64,000 nt of DNA, taken from assembly GCA_964016885.1 (NCBI GenBank), contig OZ024742.1, positions 267,902,001-267,966,000 on the forward strand, written 5' to 3'. Every line of letters starts with the position of its first letter. Within the stretch, counting starts at the first letter, position 1. Position numbers and translations under genes: made by a program. Under the pieces are notes generated by a model that searched no databases, had not been told where the DNA came from, and was given only the letters and a program-made list of their open reading frames with translations. The stretch is from Eledone cirrhosa (taxonomy: Eukaryota). Positions 14,990 to 26,266 of the stretch are shown here, piece after piece.

Positions 14990-15850
14990 GATAGAAAATG
15001 TTCTATACAGAGCACGTTACATAAGGAAGATAAAGAAGGGTTTGAAAAGCGCACCAGATAGATGAGCAGACCTGAAGAGGAGGAACCACCGGAGTCGATA
15101 TGTTTGGAAAGTATGTCAGTTTCAAGTATTATGTCTCTTTTTTTATTATTATGTCTAAGAAAGGTAACTTTTCGTTGCTAAATTCCATAGTTAATTGGTT
15201 GTTAAAGTTCATATCATTAACGACAGTTTGAAAATTCCTTAGTTCATCAAGGTTTTACCTCCACAAAATAAAACAGTCATCTAGTTTTTCCAGATTTCTT
15301 TCATATACCAACTGAAGGTCTTTCGATATTTTTGTGAAGCGTTTTCGTAGATTTTTTAGAATAAGTTGGCATATGTTGGCACTACCTTGGTACGTACGTC
15401 GGTTCCTGGCTTCTGTCGGTAGGGTGTTTCGTCGGACATGAAGTAACTGTCTTTAGTATGAATTCAAGATTTTCTATGATAAAGCTTTTCTCAATATAGT
15501 GTGGTAGTTCATGAGGGAATGCATTTGGCTAGTATTGGATACCTTCGATTCCGTAGACGTGATGGATGTTAATACATAGGCTCACAACATCAAATGAAAC
15601 CATCTAAATAGTTTGTTTACTATATATGGTATATGCAAATGAAATTACTTAGGTGATGTGTCTCACAAATTTCACCTGCTATGATGGGTTTTAGTTTTAA
15701 ATCGATTGCTGTGGGTATATTTATATAGTTTGTTTACATCATATTGCATGTCTCATTAATTAGCTCGTTTTTATGCACTTTGAACAGTACAGAAAGATTG
15801 CTTGTTTTACCTCTAAAACATGTGAGACTACGGAATCGAGGAAATCCAAT
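14990..15850 (-). pseudogene. Degenerate Penelope-like reverse transcriptase
   Basis: Minus-strand motifs in the correct order: KVHK (about 15780), VSFDVVSLCINI (about 15590), GTDVRTKVVPTYANL (about 15400), LPFLDIIIK (about 15160), LETDI (about 15120). Many stops and frameshifts. Confidence 0.7.
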
Positions 15851-15899
15851 ACTGGCTAACAGCATTCCATCATGAGCTCACAGACCGTATAAAAACAAA

Positions 15900-16700
15900 C
15901 TTAATCATACAAAGCTTTGAAATCATCCCCATAAAAATAAGTATGTTAAAAATCATGGAGTTGCAATTATTCTGTCGTAATTGTGTACTATATAGCAGCT
16001 CGCCTATCGTCAAGTATGGATTGGGGATTTTTCTAGAAAGTAGATTTATAAAAATTAACATTTGTCCCTTAATATACCTATGACATCTACGTAGCGGGAG
16101 TACATATTCAGAGTTACAAAATTGTCCTCTAATTGTTCTTTAAGTCTTCTGTCCCACCATACCATAGAGAGTTTAGATATGCCACCTGCAATGCTAACGA
16201 AAATATCTGCCCCTCTTCTTGGGCATATGTTTCGCCATTAAAATTGAACATATGTTCCTTAAGGGTTAGTTTTATACATATTTAAATTTAACGAGAAAAT
16301 CTACACCCAGAATGAGGGAGCAGCCATTTGTATGAGCACAGGTGGCGATATTGCCAAACTATTTATGGTATTGTGGGAAAGAAGACTCAGAGAACTCTTA
16401 GAACAGAACTCCATATCCCTCGCTATTACATGGCGAGGGCTATATAGTAATAAAAACACCCTCACAAGAGAGCGCCAATAAATCCGAACTAGAAAATAAC
16501 ACAATGGAGAGCATCCGGCAGATAACTAACTCCATACAGTAATTATTGACTACCCTTCCAAACATCCTAACAATAGACTATCAATATTATACACTGAACT
16601 CTGGTTAAACAATATATATGAGAAAACACAACTTCTCGACTCACATTATGCTGAACCCATGACCTCTAAATATTATACTCAAAAACTCAGCAATGTCCAA
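15900..16700. pseudogene. Head-to-head pair of diverged Penelope-like RT fragments (second family)
   Basis: Minus strand: FNFNGETYAQEEG, IAGGISKLSMVWWDRRL and RYVDV (about 16090). Plus strand from about 16280: FKFNEKIYTQNEGAAICMSTGGDIAKLFMVLWERRL and HYAEPMTSK. Confidence 0.6.
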
Positions 16701-17869
16701 TAGTGCTAAGTTTAATATTCTGAAGATAAAATACAAAGATAGAATACAAGCACACATAGACTCAGACCCGTACACACACGCCAAACAGCGAATACACACG
16801 CAAACGCATGTGCAAACAGAGACACAGCCAAAGACAAAAGTAAATAAATAAAAATGGCGTAGACACTACAATTCAACGGGAGGAAACATAATAGTACCAC
16901 TGATAAAGTCACAGGAGTGTGACTTTATATATATCTATATATATATATATAAATATATATATATTTTTAACCGTTGGTCAATGATAAACATTGATTGCCA
17001 GATAAATTAACTATAGAGATATAAAAGATACAGAAGCGAAAGCCAATTCCCCAAAACAGTGAGTGTGTTTTCTAATTATTTCTGACAATATTATAAATAT
17101 ATGTCCCTCCTCAATATAACAATATTTGTTTCAACACACGATTTAATATAAAAAACCCTTCAAAATAAATAAATATACACACACTCCCCCCCACCCCACA
17201 CACGCGCGCGCGGATATATATTCAAGACGTAAACGGATAAATAACACTGGAAAATGACACAGTACAATCAAGATACGAGTTTAAGGCTTAAGATACGAAC
17301 GTCAGTCTTTAGTCAGATGATAAGATAAAACAAAAAACAGAAATTAAGACGGTCATAAGAAGAATCGGGAAAAAAATGTAAGGAAAGCACTTGTGCCTGC
17401 GTACAAGTGCTCGTGTGAACTAAGATTATGGTAGGCAGAAATAAGGTGGTGCTTCTGCGTAGTGGGATAATCAGCATTCCGTGGAAATAAGTGAAAACAT
17501 TGAAACATTGAAATTATATGTTTGTTATAAAGGAAAAAAACAACTAATTAATGAAAGACATATGTGAACCTAGAAAGAACCCTTAATACCAGGAACTGGA
17601 GAGCGCGAAACATTGAAGAGTGCGAGAGAGTGCGGGAGAGAAAGAAAGAGGGGTACATGGACAGATAGATAGACAAAGATCGAAACAGAAAGGAATCGAG
17701 AGACTATGTTGAGAAGGAACATAAAGGAGAGAGAAAATAATACGTCAGGATAGGATATAACTGCTAGATGCGGATATAGAATATATCAGACACAAGAGGA
17801 ATAAACTTCGTATAGTGATAAAGGGATACATATAATTAAACGATGAAGGAAGGGTGACTAAGAGAGGAG

Positions 17870-17993
<124 letters not shown>

Positions 17994-18984
17994 ATTGTAT
18001 GTAATCTAAACATTTTGCTATCCATAGTTATACATTTTGTCAAAACATATATAGTCTTGCCTCCGTAAATATTTCTTGATGTATATACCTCTGCAATATT
18101 CTACAGACAGGCAAGAAGATTGCATAATAATGACTTTGACAGATTCAGGCAATAGAATAAATCATCAGAAGTATTCCCCATCAATATTGTATTCTATTGT
18201 ATTGATTGCTAGATAACCACACCAAATAGCCTGTGCATATAGTAATGTCAGGTCCAACGGCAAATTAAATATAGTATTTGCAACAGAATTCGTCCATAAA
18301 CTTGGCGCCAAATTAGTCATATAGTATACAACTGAAATTTGGAAATATTTTCTCTGGATTCAGGCCAGCAACTTAGTTTATAGCTCGGCAGAATATTGTT
18401 ATGAAGAAATTATTGGTTTTCGTTATTGATTCGTAGCTAGGTCGTTTATCAAGAATTTTAACAGACGGAAAAGAAATATATTGCATCACTTATCTTCATG
18501 CATTTCCCACGAATTGCCCAATTTGACATTTCTCAATTATATACCATAGGGTTCATTGTGTTAGGTTTTGTTAAGTAACACTATTAATCTAGTCATAACT
18601 CGCTGACTATAGAAGGCCTCAGATTATTGAGCAAATGACCAAGGCTGTTTGCCCAACCATCTTCATCTTCAATCCTCCCATATTTAAGCTACTTATGTTA
18701 CCAGATTTTCAGAATATGATTAAAAGAAGCTCAAGGAGCGTGCAATTCATGTGTTTTATCAATTATAGTTATATGAACTTCCGAAAAAAATACGATTGAT
18801 TACTGAAAGTGTAGTGTAAAATTATATCCCAAATATTGAATGGGACTAATCTAGGAATACGTTCCCCTAAGGTCCGATCTATATCACCCACAGTTATACG
18901 TGCATTTGGACTCATGTGCAATGAACTGCTCGTCCAAAATATAACTTCCCGTTCACAGCCACAATACAACATGAGTTTAAAAGA

Positions 18985-19123
18985 TAATTGTTTCTACTTT
19001 TGGCACAAGGCCAGCAATTACCCAGTGCATTACTGGCACTTTATTTTATCGACCCCGTAAGGATGAAAGGCAAAGTTAACCTCGGCGGGATTTGAACTCA
19101 GAATGGCAAGGGCCGTAACTCTA
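18985..19123 (-). mobile_element. SINE family 1, 5'-truncated
   Basis: Nearly identical to 44955-45090. Confidence 0.85.
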
Positions 19124-20122
19124 TAATGAATTAGAGTGACTTGTAACATTAGGCAATGGGTTCGTGGATGTCTTTTTATTTAGACAACGTATTTCATAAT
19201 TTCCATCTCTCAGTTTCAAATATGAGTGTTCCAGACATTTCTTCAACTGAACGACTTGACTTACAGATTACATTAACGCATATATGAATCAGCATTCTTA
19301 AGACATGTGTAGCCTTAACGTAGTTCTCTGAGTGATTCAGTGACAAGGAATGTGGCTTTTTGAAACTTTCCATACGAAACTTGATCAAGAGGCCATGGAT
19401 TGTGTCCACAGATGGAATACCATGTTTTTGAAGCGAATTTCTTAACTATTTGATCATATCATTTATCTAACGCAATAAGAAGAAACAATTCAGCATTTAC
19501 TAGAGTTGATTTAATTATTTCCAATCTTTGGCTATGAGTAATCATAACAGCGGTAGAACCTATATAGTCAGAGTGACTTTTCGTGGAAATACCCATATCT
19601 TCCACAAATGAAAGTTTACTTTTATAATGACGAAACATCTACAATATAAGGTAGTTAAGGCATGAATTATTTATTGTAGAGTTTTAATATCATAATATTA
19701 TGAAAAGGCAGAATTGCTCGAACGTTGTTCAAAATACTTGTGGTGCTTACGTCATATATATTAGGATTTCAAATTCCACTGACGTCAGCAGGCCTTCATT
19801 TATGAATACGGGAATATATTTATAACTAGACGACGTTCGAACTGAGGCTAATCAATGCCGAAAATAACAGCAGGAACAACAAGAACATTTGTTGTTGCTG
19901 GAACATTCGAATTTTATCATGAGTGAAATGAATGTAAATAGCAATAAAGAAATTTCAATTTCTGTATTTAGTCTCATCTGAAATCCTAGACTAATCTCAT
20001 TCAAAAATCTGCAAAATGATGTTAATGGATTCTCAGAAATATTTTGGATTCACTTGCTATTAAGGAAATATATAAAGACAATTTCTGAAAACCGACACGT
20101 ACACATGCTCATAAAGATATTC

Positions 20123-20175
<53 letters not shown>

Positions 20176-20499
20176 ACATATATATATATATATATATATA
20201 TTAAGCTTTCCGTTACTTGTGGAAGTGTTTTAATGCCAATGTCTACATAGGAACTAACATGCATGTACTCATTTAACATAGACATAGAAACACATATGTG
20301 GGCCTAATGTTAGTATGCATTTGTTTAAAATTAATAATGTATCTTGCCCTGCATCTCTAAATTTCAGAGTCGCTGATACGAATCATATTTGAAGTATTTG
20401 TACAAACCCATACCAACACAAAGAGTCTCACATATACATAACTGCAAAGATAAAAATATGCATATTTTTTTCAGAATAATATCAAAACATTTATTTATA

Positions 20500-20945
20500 A
20501 AATGGGTATTTCCGCATTTAATAGTGGTACCGGCTTCAGCATTATAGGCGTTTTCAACGGCGGAAGTGCAGGGGCATTTAAGTTGCATATTTATACGAAT
20601 AAAAATAAAATGAGGAAGAAAATTATTAGTTTTTACATACATATTTAGAGAGAAAAGTTCATGTTTCTGTCCGAGGCTATCTTTCGTTCTCTGATAGTTG
20701 GCTTAGAGAGGTGGTAGTAGTTTCAGATCCAAGAATTTAACACTACTACTTCCTCTGTCAGTCAACTAACAGAGAACGAAGGGTAGCCTGCGACAGAAAC
20801 TATGTATGTAAAAATTAACAATTTTTCATCTTCATTTTATTATAGTTCGTATAAATATGCAACTTAACATACTCTTCACTTCCACCATTGGAAAAGCGTG
20901 TAATGCCTAAACCGGTACCACTATTAAATGAGGGAGAGCCAGTTT
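20500..20945. mobile_element. Fold-back MITE-like hairpin element (arms about 200 bp)
   Basis: CATTTAATAGTGGTACCGG pairs with CCGGTACCACTATTAAATG, and TTAAGTTGCATATTTATACGAA and TTCGTTCTCTG are also mirrored. Loop at about 20722-20740. No TSD resolved. Confidence 0.65.
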
Positions 20946-21131
20946 GAATATAATTATTTAGGTCAGTGTAATAACGGTGTCATACCGAATACGTAGGTTT
21001 CGTTGATTGTTAATGCTCACCTTCTTCAATATGTGAAAAGAGCCGGCTTTTTTTCGCCGGCACAGATTGAAAACGTTTATCATCAACAATCAACGAAACG
21101 TACGTATCTAGTACCATTGTCGTACTGACTA

Positions 21132-21193
<62 letters not shown>

Positions 21194-21201
<8 letters not shown>

Positions 21202-21376
21202 ATACTTTGGGAGGGTCATGTTGCCAATAAGAAACACACGCAGCAGTTGGAACCAACCAACCAACCGGAAATTTATAAATTCCTAAATTTATAAATTTAT
21301 TATAATAAATAGAAGTTATACACCTGGTGCGTGTGTTTCTTATTGGAAACATGACCCTCCCAAAGTATAACAATAT
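21194..21376. repeat. Inverted repeat pair with arms of about 52 bp next to (TA)n
   Basis: ATATTGTTATACTTTGGGAGGGTCATGTT.CCAATAAGAAACACACGCA is mirrored at 21328-21376. Confidence 0.85.
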
Positions 21377-21449
21377 CGGTTTCAACACACGTTTTCAGAT
21401 AAAGAATCTTGCTAAACAAATTCAGAAACGAAATATATATATATTAGGA

Positions 21450-21744
21450 TTGGTGCTCTGAAATAGCGATTTATACATGAATGTATGCATAGTATATTTG
21501 GAAATATACCGTATGTTTAATTAAAAACATTTTGAATATCTTACGCTAACATTTTTAAAGTAGTGACTATGTTTCGGCGAAAGAAGGCAGAGAAGCTAAA
21601 AGTCTGTTTCATGCTGTTTGGCAATCATCAGAGCTACCTATTGCCCTCTTCCGCCGAAAATTATAGAAGATGGATTCTTATAGAATTCCAGTAATAATCA
21701 GGCGCAGATTATACAGAACTATTGCCTCTCCAGCGAAAATTAAG

Positions 21745-21750
<6 letters not shown>
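21450..21750 (-). mobile_element. Diverged solo copy of the hammerhead-bearing pLTR-like unit at 4975-5350
   Basis: Shares TGCTCTGAAATAGCGAT and GGATTCTTATAGAATTCCAGTAATAATCAGG. Decayed CUGAUGA...GAAAC motif at about 21595-21636. Confidence 0.6.
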
Positions 21751-21794
<44 letters not shown>

Positions 21795-21796
<2 letters not shown>

Positions 21797-22345
21797 ACGA
21801 TGTCAACTCTGGATGCCGGTGAGCATGTCCAGCTAACCTCAGTCTCCTCTGCGTCACTTTTGAGCTGACTTTTGGGAGGTTCCCATACAGCTCTGAGTTT
21901 TTCATCCTCAGTGTATACTGATTCATGTTCAGAGCTATCCTCACCATTCTTGTGTAGCACCCATCCACCATCTGAGTGAGTTTCTTGGTCAGTGTCCAAT
22001 TCAGACCCGTACAGTAGCACAGACTCCACTTCACCAATGAAAAGGCGGATTTTGAGGTATTTACGAAGGTCCGACTTAAACACCGATCTCAAGCTGTGGC
22101 ACGCCGCCCAGGCTTTGCTCTTCCTCTCAACCACATCATCTTCCGTATTCCCAATCTTTGCTCCCAAATACAGGAAGTCCTCAACCAATTCTAGCGGAAG
22201 GGGAGGACCAAGGTTAACGTATGTTGATGCCCTAAGGACAGACACTGGTCTGTTGGAGACGCAGGACATGGCACCGATAATGAGGGACAGAGACCGCTGG
22301 AGAGAACTCGTCCATGGATCTCGGGAATTTTACCCGCCCTAGAAA
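21795..22345. mobile_element. RTE-type LINE 3' fragment with an inverted 5' part
   Basis: Minus 22190->21795 reads VEDFLYLG...SVLLYGSE/WTLT...RRLRLAGHAHRHPE. Plus 22192->22342 reads GRGGPRLTYVD...MRDRDRWR*. These are typical RTE/RTEX C-terminal motifs. Confidence 0.8.
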
Positions 22346-23487
22346 TATATGTTACATTACAATCTGATAAGTGAATCAATAGATATTTGCATCGTTATAG
22401 CAAGAATAACTAACAATACTGTGTTACTAGACACAGGAAAAGTAAAACAATAAGTGTCTCTTCTAACAAAGCAAGAGAAAAAGTGATGGAAAATAAGACA
22501 ATTTACAACAACGAGTGCCACATTTCTTCTTTCAAAATATGTAAACATAAAAACACACACGCAAACACGCACACACACGTACAGACACATACGCACAAAC
22601 ACACACACACACATACACACATATATATATATATAAATATATTTATACACAAATGCAACACACATAGATGCAGACATACAAACATACATACATACATAAT
22701 ACACACACACATACATACACACATACACATGTACTAACATATCGTCCTGAAATGATTACATTCAGCAAACACTGGTACCACCATCGGAAATCAAAGCAAA
22801 ATTCTCAATACGTATTCTTTGATTTAGTATTGCTCGTATTTACGTATTGTGTTACATGCCCTCATTCACACTTACATACTCACACACTCAGACACACACA
22901 CACTTGTATTCATATATACATAAATGTATATTGATATGTGTTAGTGTGAGTGTCTGTATGTACAAGTATATGTATTACGTAACGCGAATCTCAGCTATAT
23001 ATGTTTATATATAAGTGCACCTAGAGATATTCATATATATTATACACAGCGTGAGCAAACCACACAACGGGGAGACTTCGAATTCACTATGAGTAATTAG
23101 ATAGTACATAATATATCTGTGTTTCTGTTTGTCGAAAGCGTAGAAAATTGCAATCAGTGACTAGACTTTGTGAACTGTTATCAAGATGAAAGAAATTGAA
23201 TGATGAGTGTTATGAATAGTTAAAATGATACTCATTTTTACTCATTGAACCTAATTGGATTTTTGTATATGGCAGATATCGTTATTTTGTTTTTATTTTT
23301 AAATTACATAGTTTGCGTCTCTTTGTGTTATTTGTTGGTTTTGCACTCGTTTTCCCTTTCACCTCCATTAATATATAGCACTACTATATTTTTTTTATTC
23401 TTTATAAATAAAGCTTCATTACACTACGTGCACTAATTATGTTAGTTTTCATATTAATTAAATGTTTATCACGTAATTAACGTACAT

Positions 23488-23572
23488 CTTCTTCTTCTTC
23501 TTCTTCTTCTTCTTCTTCTTCTTCTTCTTCTTCTTCTTCTTCTTCTTCTTTTTATTATTATTGTTATTGTTA
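23488..23572. repeat. (CTT)n followed by (TTA/TTG)n; left boundary of the retrotransposon array
   Basis: Directly visible. Confidence 0.95.
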
Positions 23573-23987
23573 TTCCTTGAATCTCAGTCATTGATGTTGG
23601 TTAACTGGAAAGTCCGTTGGATTGAATATCAAGCCACTACCTGCAGCCTCAGATATTCAGGACGTATCGGAGGGTTCTTGCTGTTCCAAGCAAGCATGCC
23701 TTTTGAAGCGTTCCAAAAAGCGTGAAGGGGCCGATTTTCTTTAACCATCCCTGGAAACTTTTGGAGATAGTCCCCAGTGCGCCTATGACAATCGGGATCA
23801 CTTTGACTTCATGGCAGTTCCAAATCCTTTTCACCTCCCACTTTAGGTCCTGGTATCGGTTAATTTTCTCCCTCTCCTTCTCTTGCACTCTCGTGTCGAA
23901 CGGGCAGGCCACATCCACAATCAGGCACGATCTTTTTTCTTTGTCCACAACCACCAGGTCAGGTCTATTGTGTTCCAGTTTTTTGTC
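23572..23987 (-). mobile_element. R4/Dong-like element copy 1, 5'-truncated (RLE C-terminus and 3' UTR)
   Basis: RPDLVVVDK...DVACPFD...KINRYQDL...IVIGALG. Flanked by (TTA)n on both sides. Confidence 0.9.
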
Positions 23988-24042
<55 letters not shown>

Positions 24043-24251
24043 GGCGACCTACGTAGTAAATCGTATTATCGTGAGCTCCGCAAAGGTTTGTTATTTCCGT
24101 TTGTTAAAAATTGTCATTTATGGAAAATTTTATTGTTAACTGTTTATAAGCGCACATACATTGTTTTCCGAAAAGGACACCCAAAAAGATTGGGGCCTTG
24201 TGCCCAAAATTTAAACTTTTATTATTATCAAAAAAAATGTCTTTGAAAAAA

Positions 24252-26232
24252 ATGGCTAATTCACCTCTGCACGAAGCAGCTGAAAGCCTTCCTCACTAAT
24301 TAACACTTCACACCGACACCACCATTGTAAATGTTACTACGTTTGCCAACACAAAAAAAATATAAGCACTAGCAATATTTTAAATTTGTCTCAGGTAGAC
24401 ATTCATTTCCCGCCATTACCAATGACTGCAGGTGTTAAAGCCTCCACCACCACCACCACCGCGACAACCACCACCACCACCACCACCGCGACAACAGAAA
24501 CAAAAGAAGAAAAAAATAAATTAACTCGTGATGTCGAAATGAAATCAAGCAAAATGGACTCTTCCCCACCAAAGACGACTGATGTCACCACAACCACAAC
24601 TGAAACTAAAATTAATATTAACGATAGCAACAACAACAACAATGACATTATAACCCCCCCCCCCTCAGTTTCGCCAGAGTAGAAAAACAGTTCGAAGCAT
24701 TTACGGTAACTCAGGAGGATTTAGAAAATGCCAAACAAATGGTAAAGAAAGATGGGTACAGGGTCAGCCCCCCCCACCTAATAAAATGGAGCATCGGCGC
24801 CTATGCACCGTGTCGTATAGAACAATAAATGTAAAATCGCGCCGAGTGGAACGGGCACCCGAGTCCCAAATCCAAAAAGCTTTGGGACATGTGTGGGCAA
24901 GAAAAACACACATCAGACGTGGGCAAAAGTATGGAACCGTGGACGTGTTCTTTGAAACACCAGAGGAGGCTAGAGAACACTCCATGGCCCCATTAAGAAG
25001 TGACGACTTCACACTCGTCCCAAGCTATTGTGGCCAGAGACTCGTAAAGATCAGGGTGACCCACGTTCCACCGGCCATCGAAATTCCCTGGCTAATAGCG
25101 GATGTCCTCGCCGGCATCGAAACCAACACGAAAATAATAGCAATAGCAAAAGAAAAGCAGGAGAACTGGTCCGTATCTGGGATGGAGCTCCTGATCCAAG
25201 CGGACCAAAGAAGCATTGAGGAGATCCCAGAGGTAATAGACCTCACTGACGGCAGCCACCTCACGGTAATTGTCGAGGGCAGAAGACGTAGGTGTATCGT
25301 TTGTGGTGAAGGAACCCACCTAAGGGCTTTCTGCCCTCAGGCTAAAAGGTTGAGGCCACCTCTCCTACCCACCCCAGTGACACAACCATCAACACCACCA
25401 GTAGCAGATATGGCAGCAACAACTGTAGCAGCAACAACAGAAGCAACTATAACAGCAACAACCCCAGCAACAGTAGCAAAACCAACACCACCACCACCAC
25501 CAGCAAAACCAACACCACCACCACCCAACGCTTCAGAACTAGCACCAGCGCCTAAACCAACCACCACGCCACAACCAAAACTAACGGCTGTGGAGGATTA
25601 TCCACTCCCCGGCCTATCACAACTGGAGACAGATTGTGACGACGAGGAGTGGGAAACGATATCCGGAAAAATAAAATGAAACCAAAAAGAAAATATTCTC
25701 TTCCTTCCCCCTCCAAAAACAAAATACAGATGGAAACAAATAAATTAAGAAACAAAAAAGTTAGGACAGATATGCCACCATCCACACCAGCATCACCAAC
25801 CCCATCAACCCAAACACCAACACCATCACCATCATTAACCCCAACACCACCATCACCTACACCACAAAAGTCACCAAAATGCGAAACAGAAACAAATCCA
25901 CAACAAACGCAAACAAAACAAAACAACCAAAACGATACACACTACACAGCATTAAATTTGAGCAACAAGCAATTATTACACTACATCCAACACAACACCA
26001 GCATCACAGAAAAAGACTACACAACAACCCCAAAATTCACACCACCTCCACACATACAAATCACTCGCATCACACAGAAAACGTACATGACACTAAAACA
26101 AAAATTCCCCAAAGACATCGGAGACTTCCGACAAGCACTCTCCAGGAGGATTTAAAGGACATCCTTCCCGAGGAGGCCACAAGCAGTGAAAAGGATGGAA
26201 AAACCGTCCTTCCCCTACGAGAAGTAAGGTAA
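24252..26232 (+). pseudogene. Tx1-A ORF1 (RRM-like region, CCHC zinc knuckle, Pro/Thr-rich tracts), frameshifted
   Basis: CIVCGEGTHLRAFC knuckle and KYGTVDVFFETPEEA. Split over several frames. Confidence 0.8.
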
Positions 26233-26266
26233 GTGGTCTTTCCCATCTTTTCCACTCCTTTTCAAC

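Noticed and set aside
25337-26155. Pro/Thr-rich mucin- or extensin-like ORFs and their Gly/Val-rich antisense ORFs
   Set aside because: These are low-complexity arms of Tx1 ORF1 and recur in every Tx1 copy.
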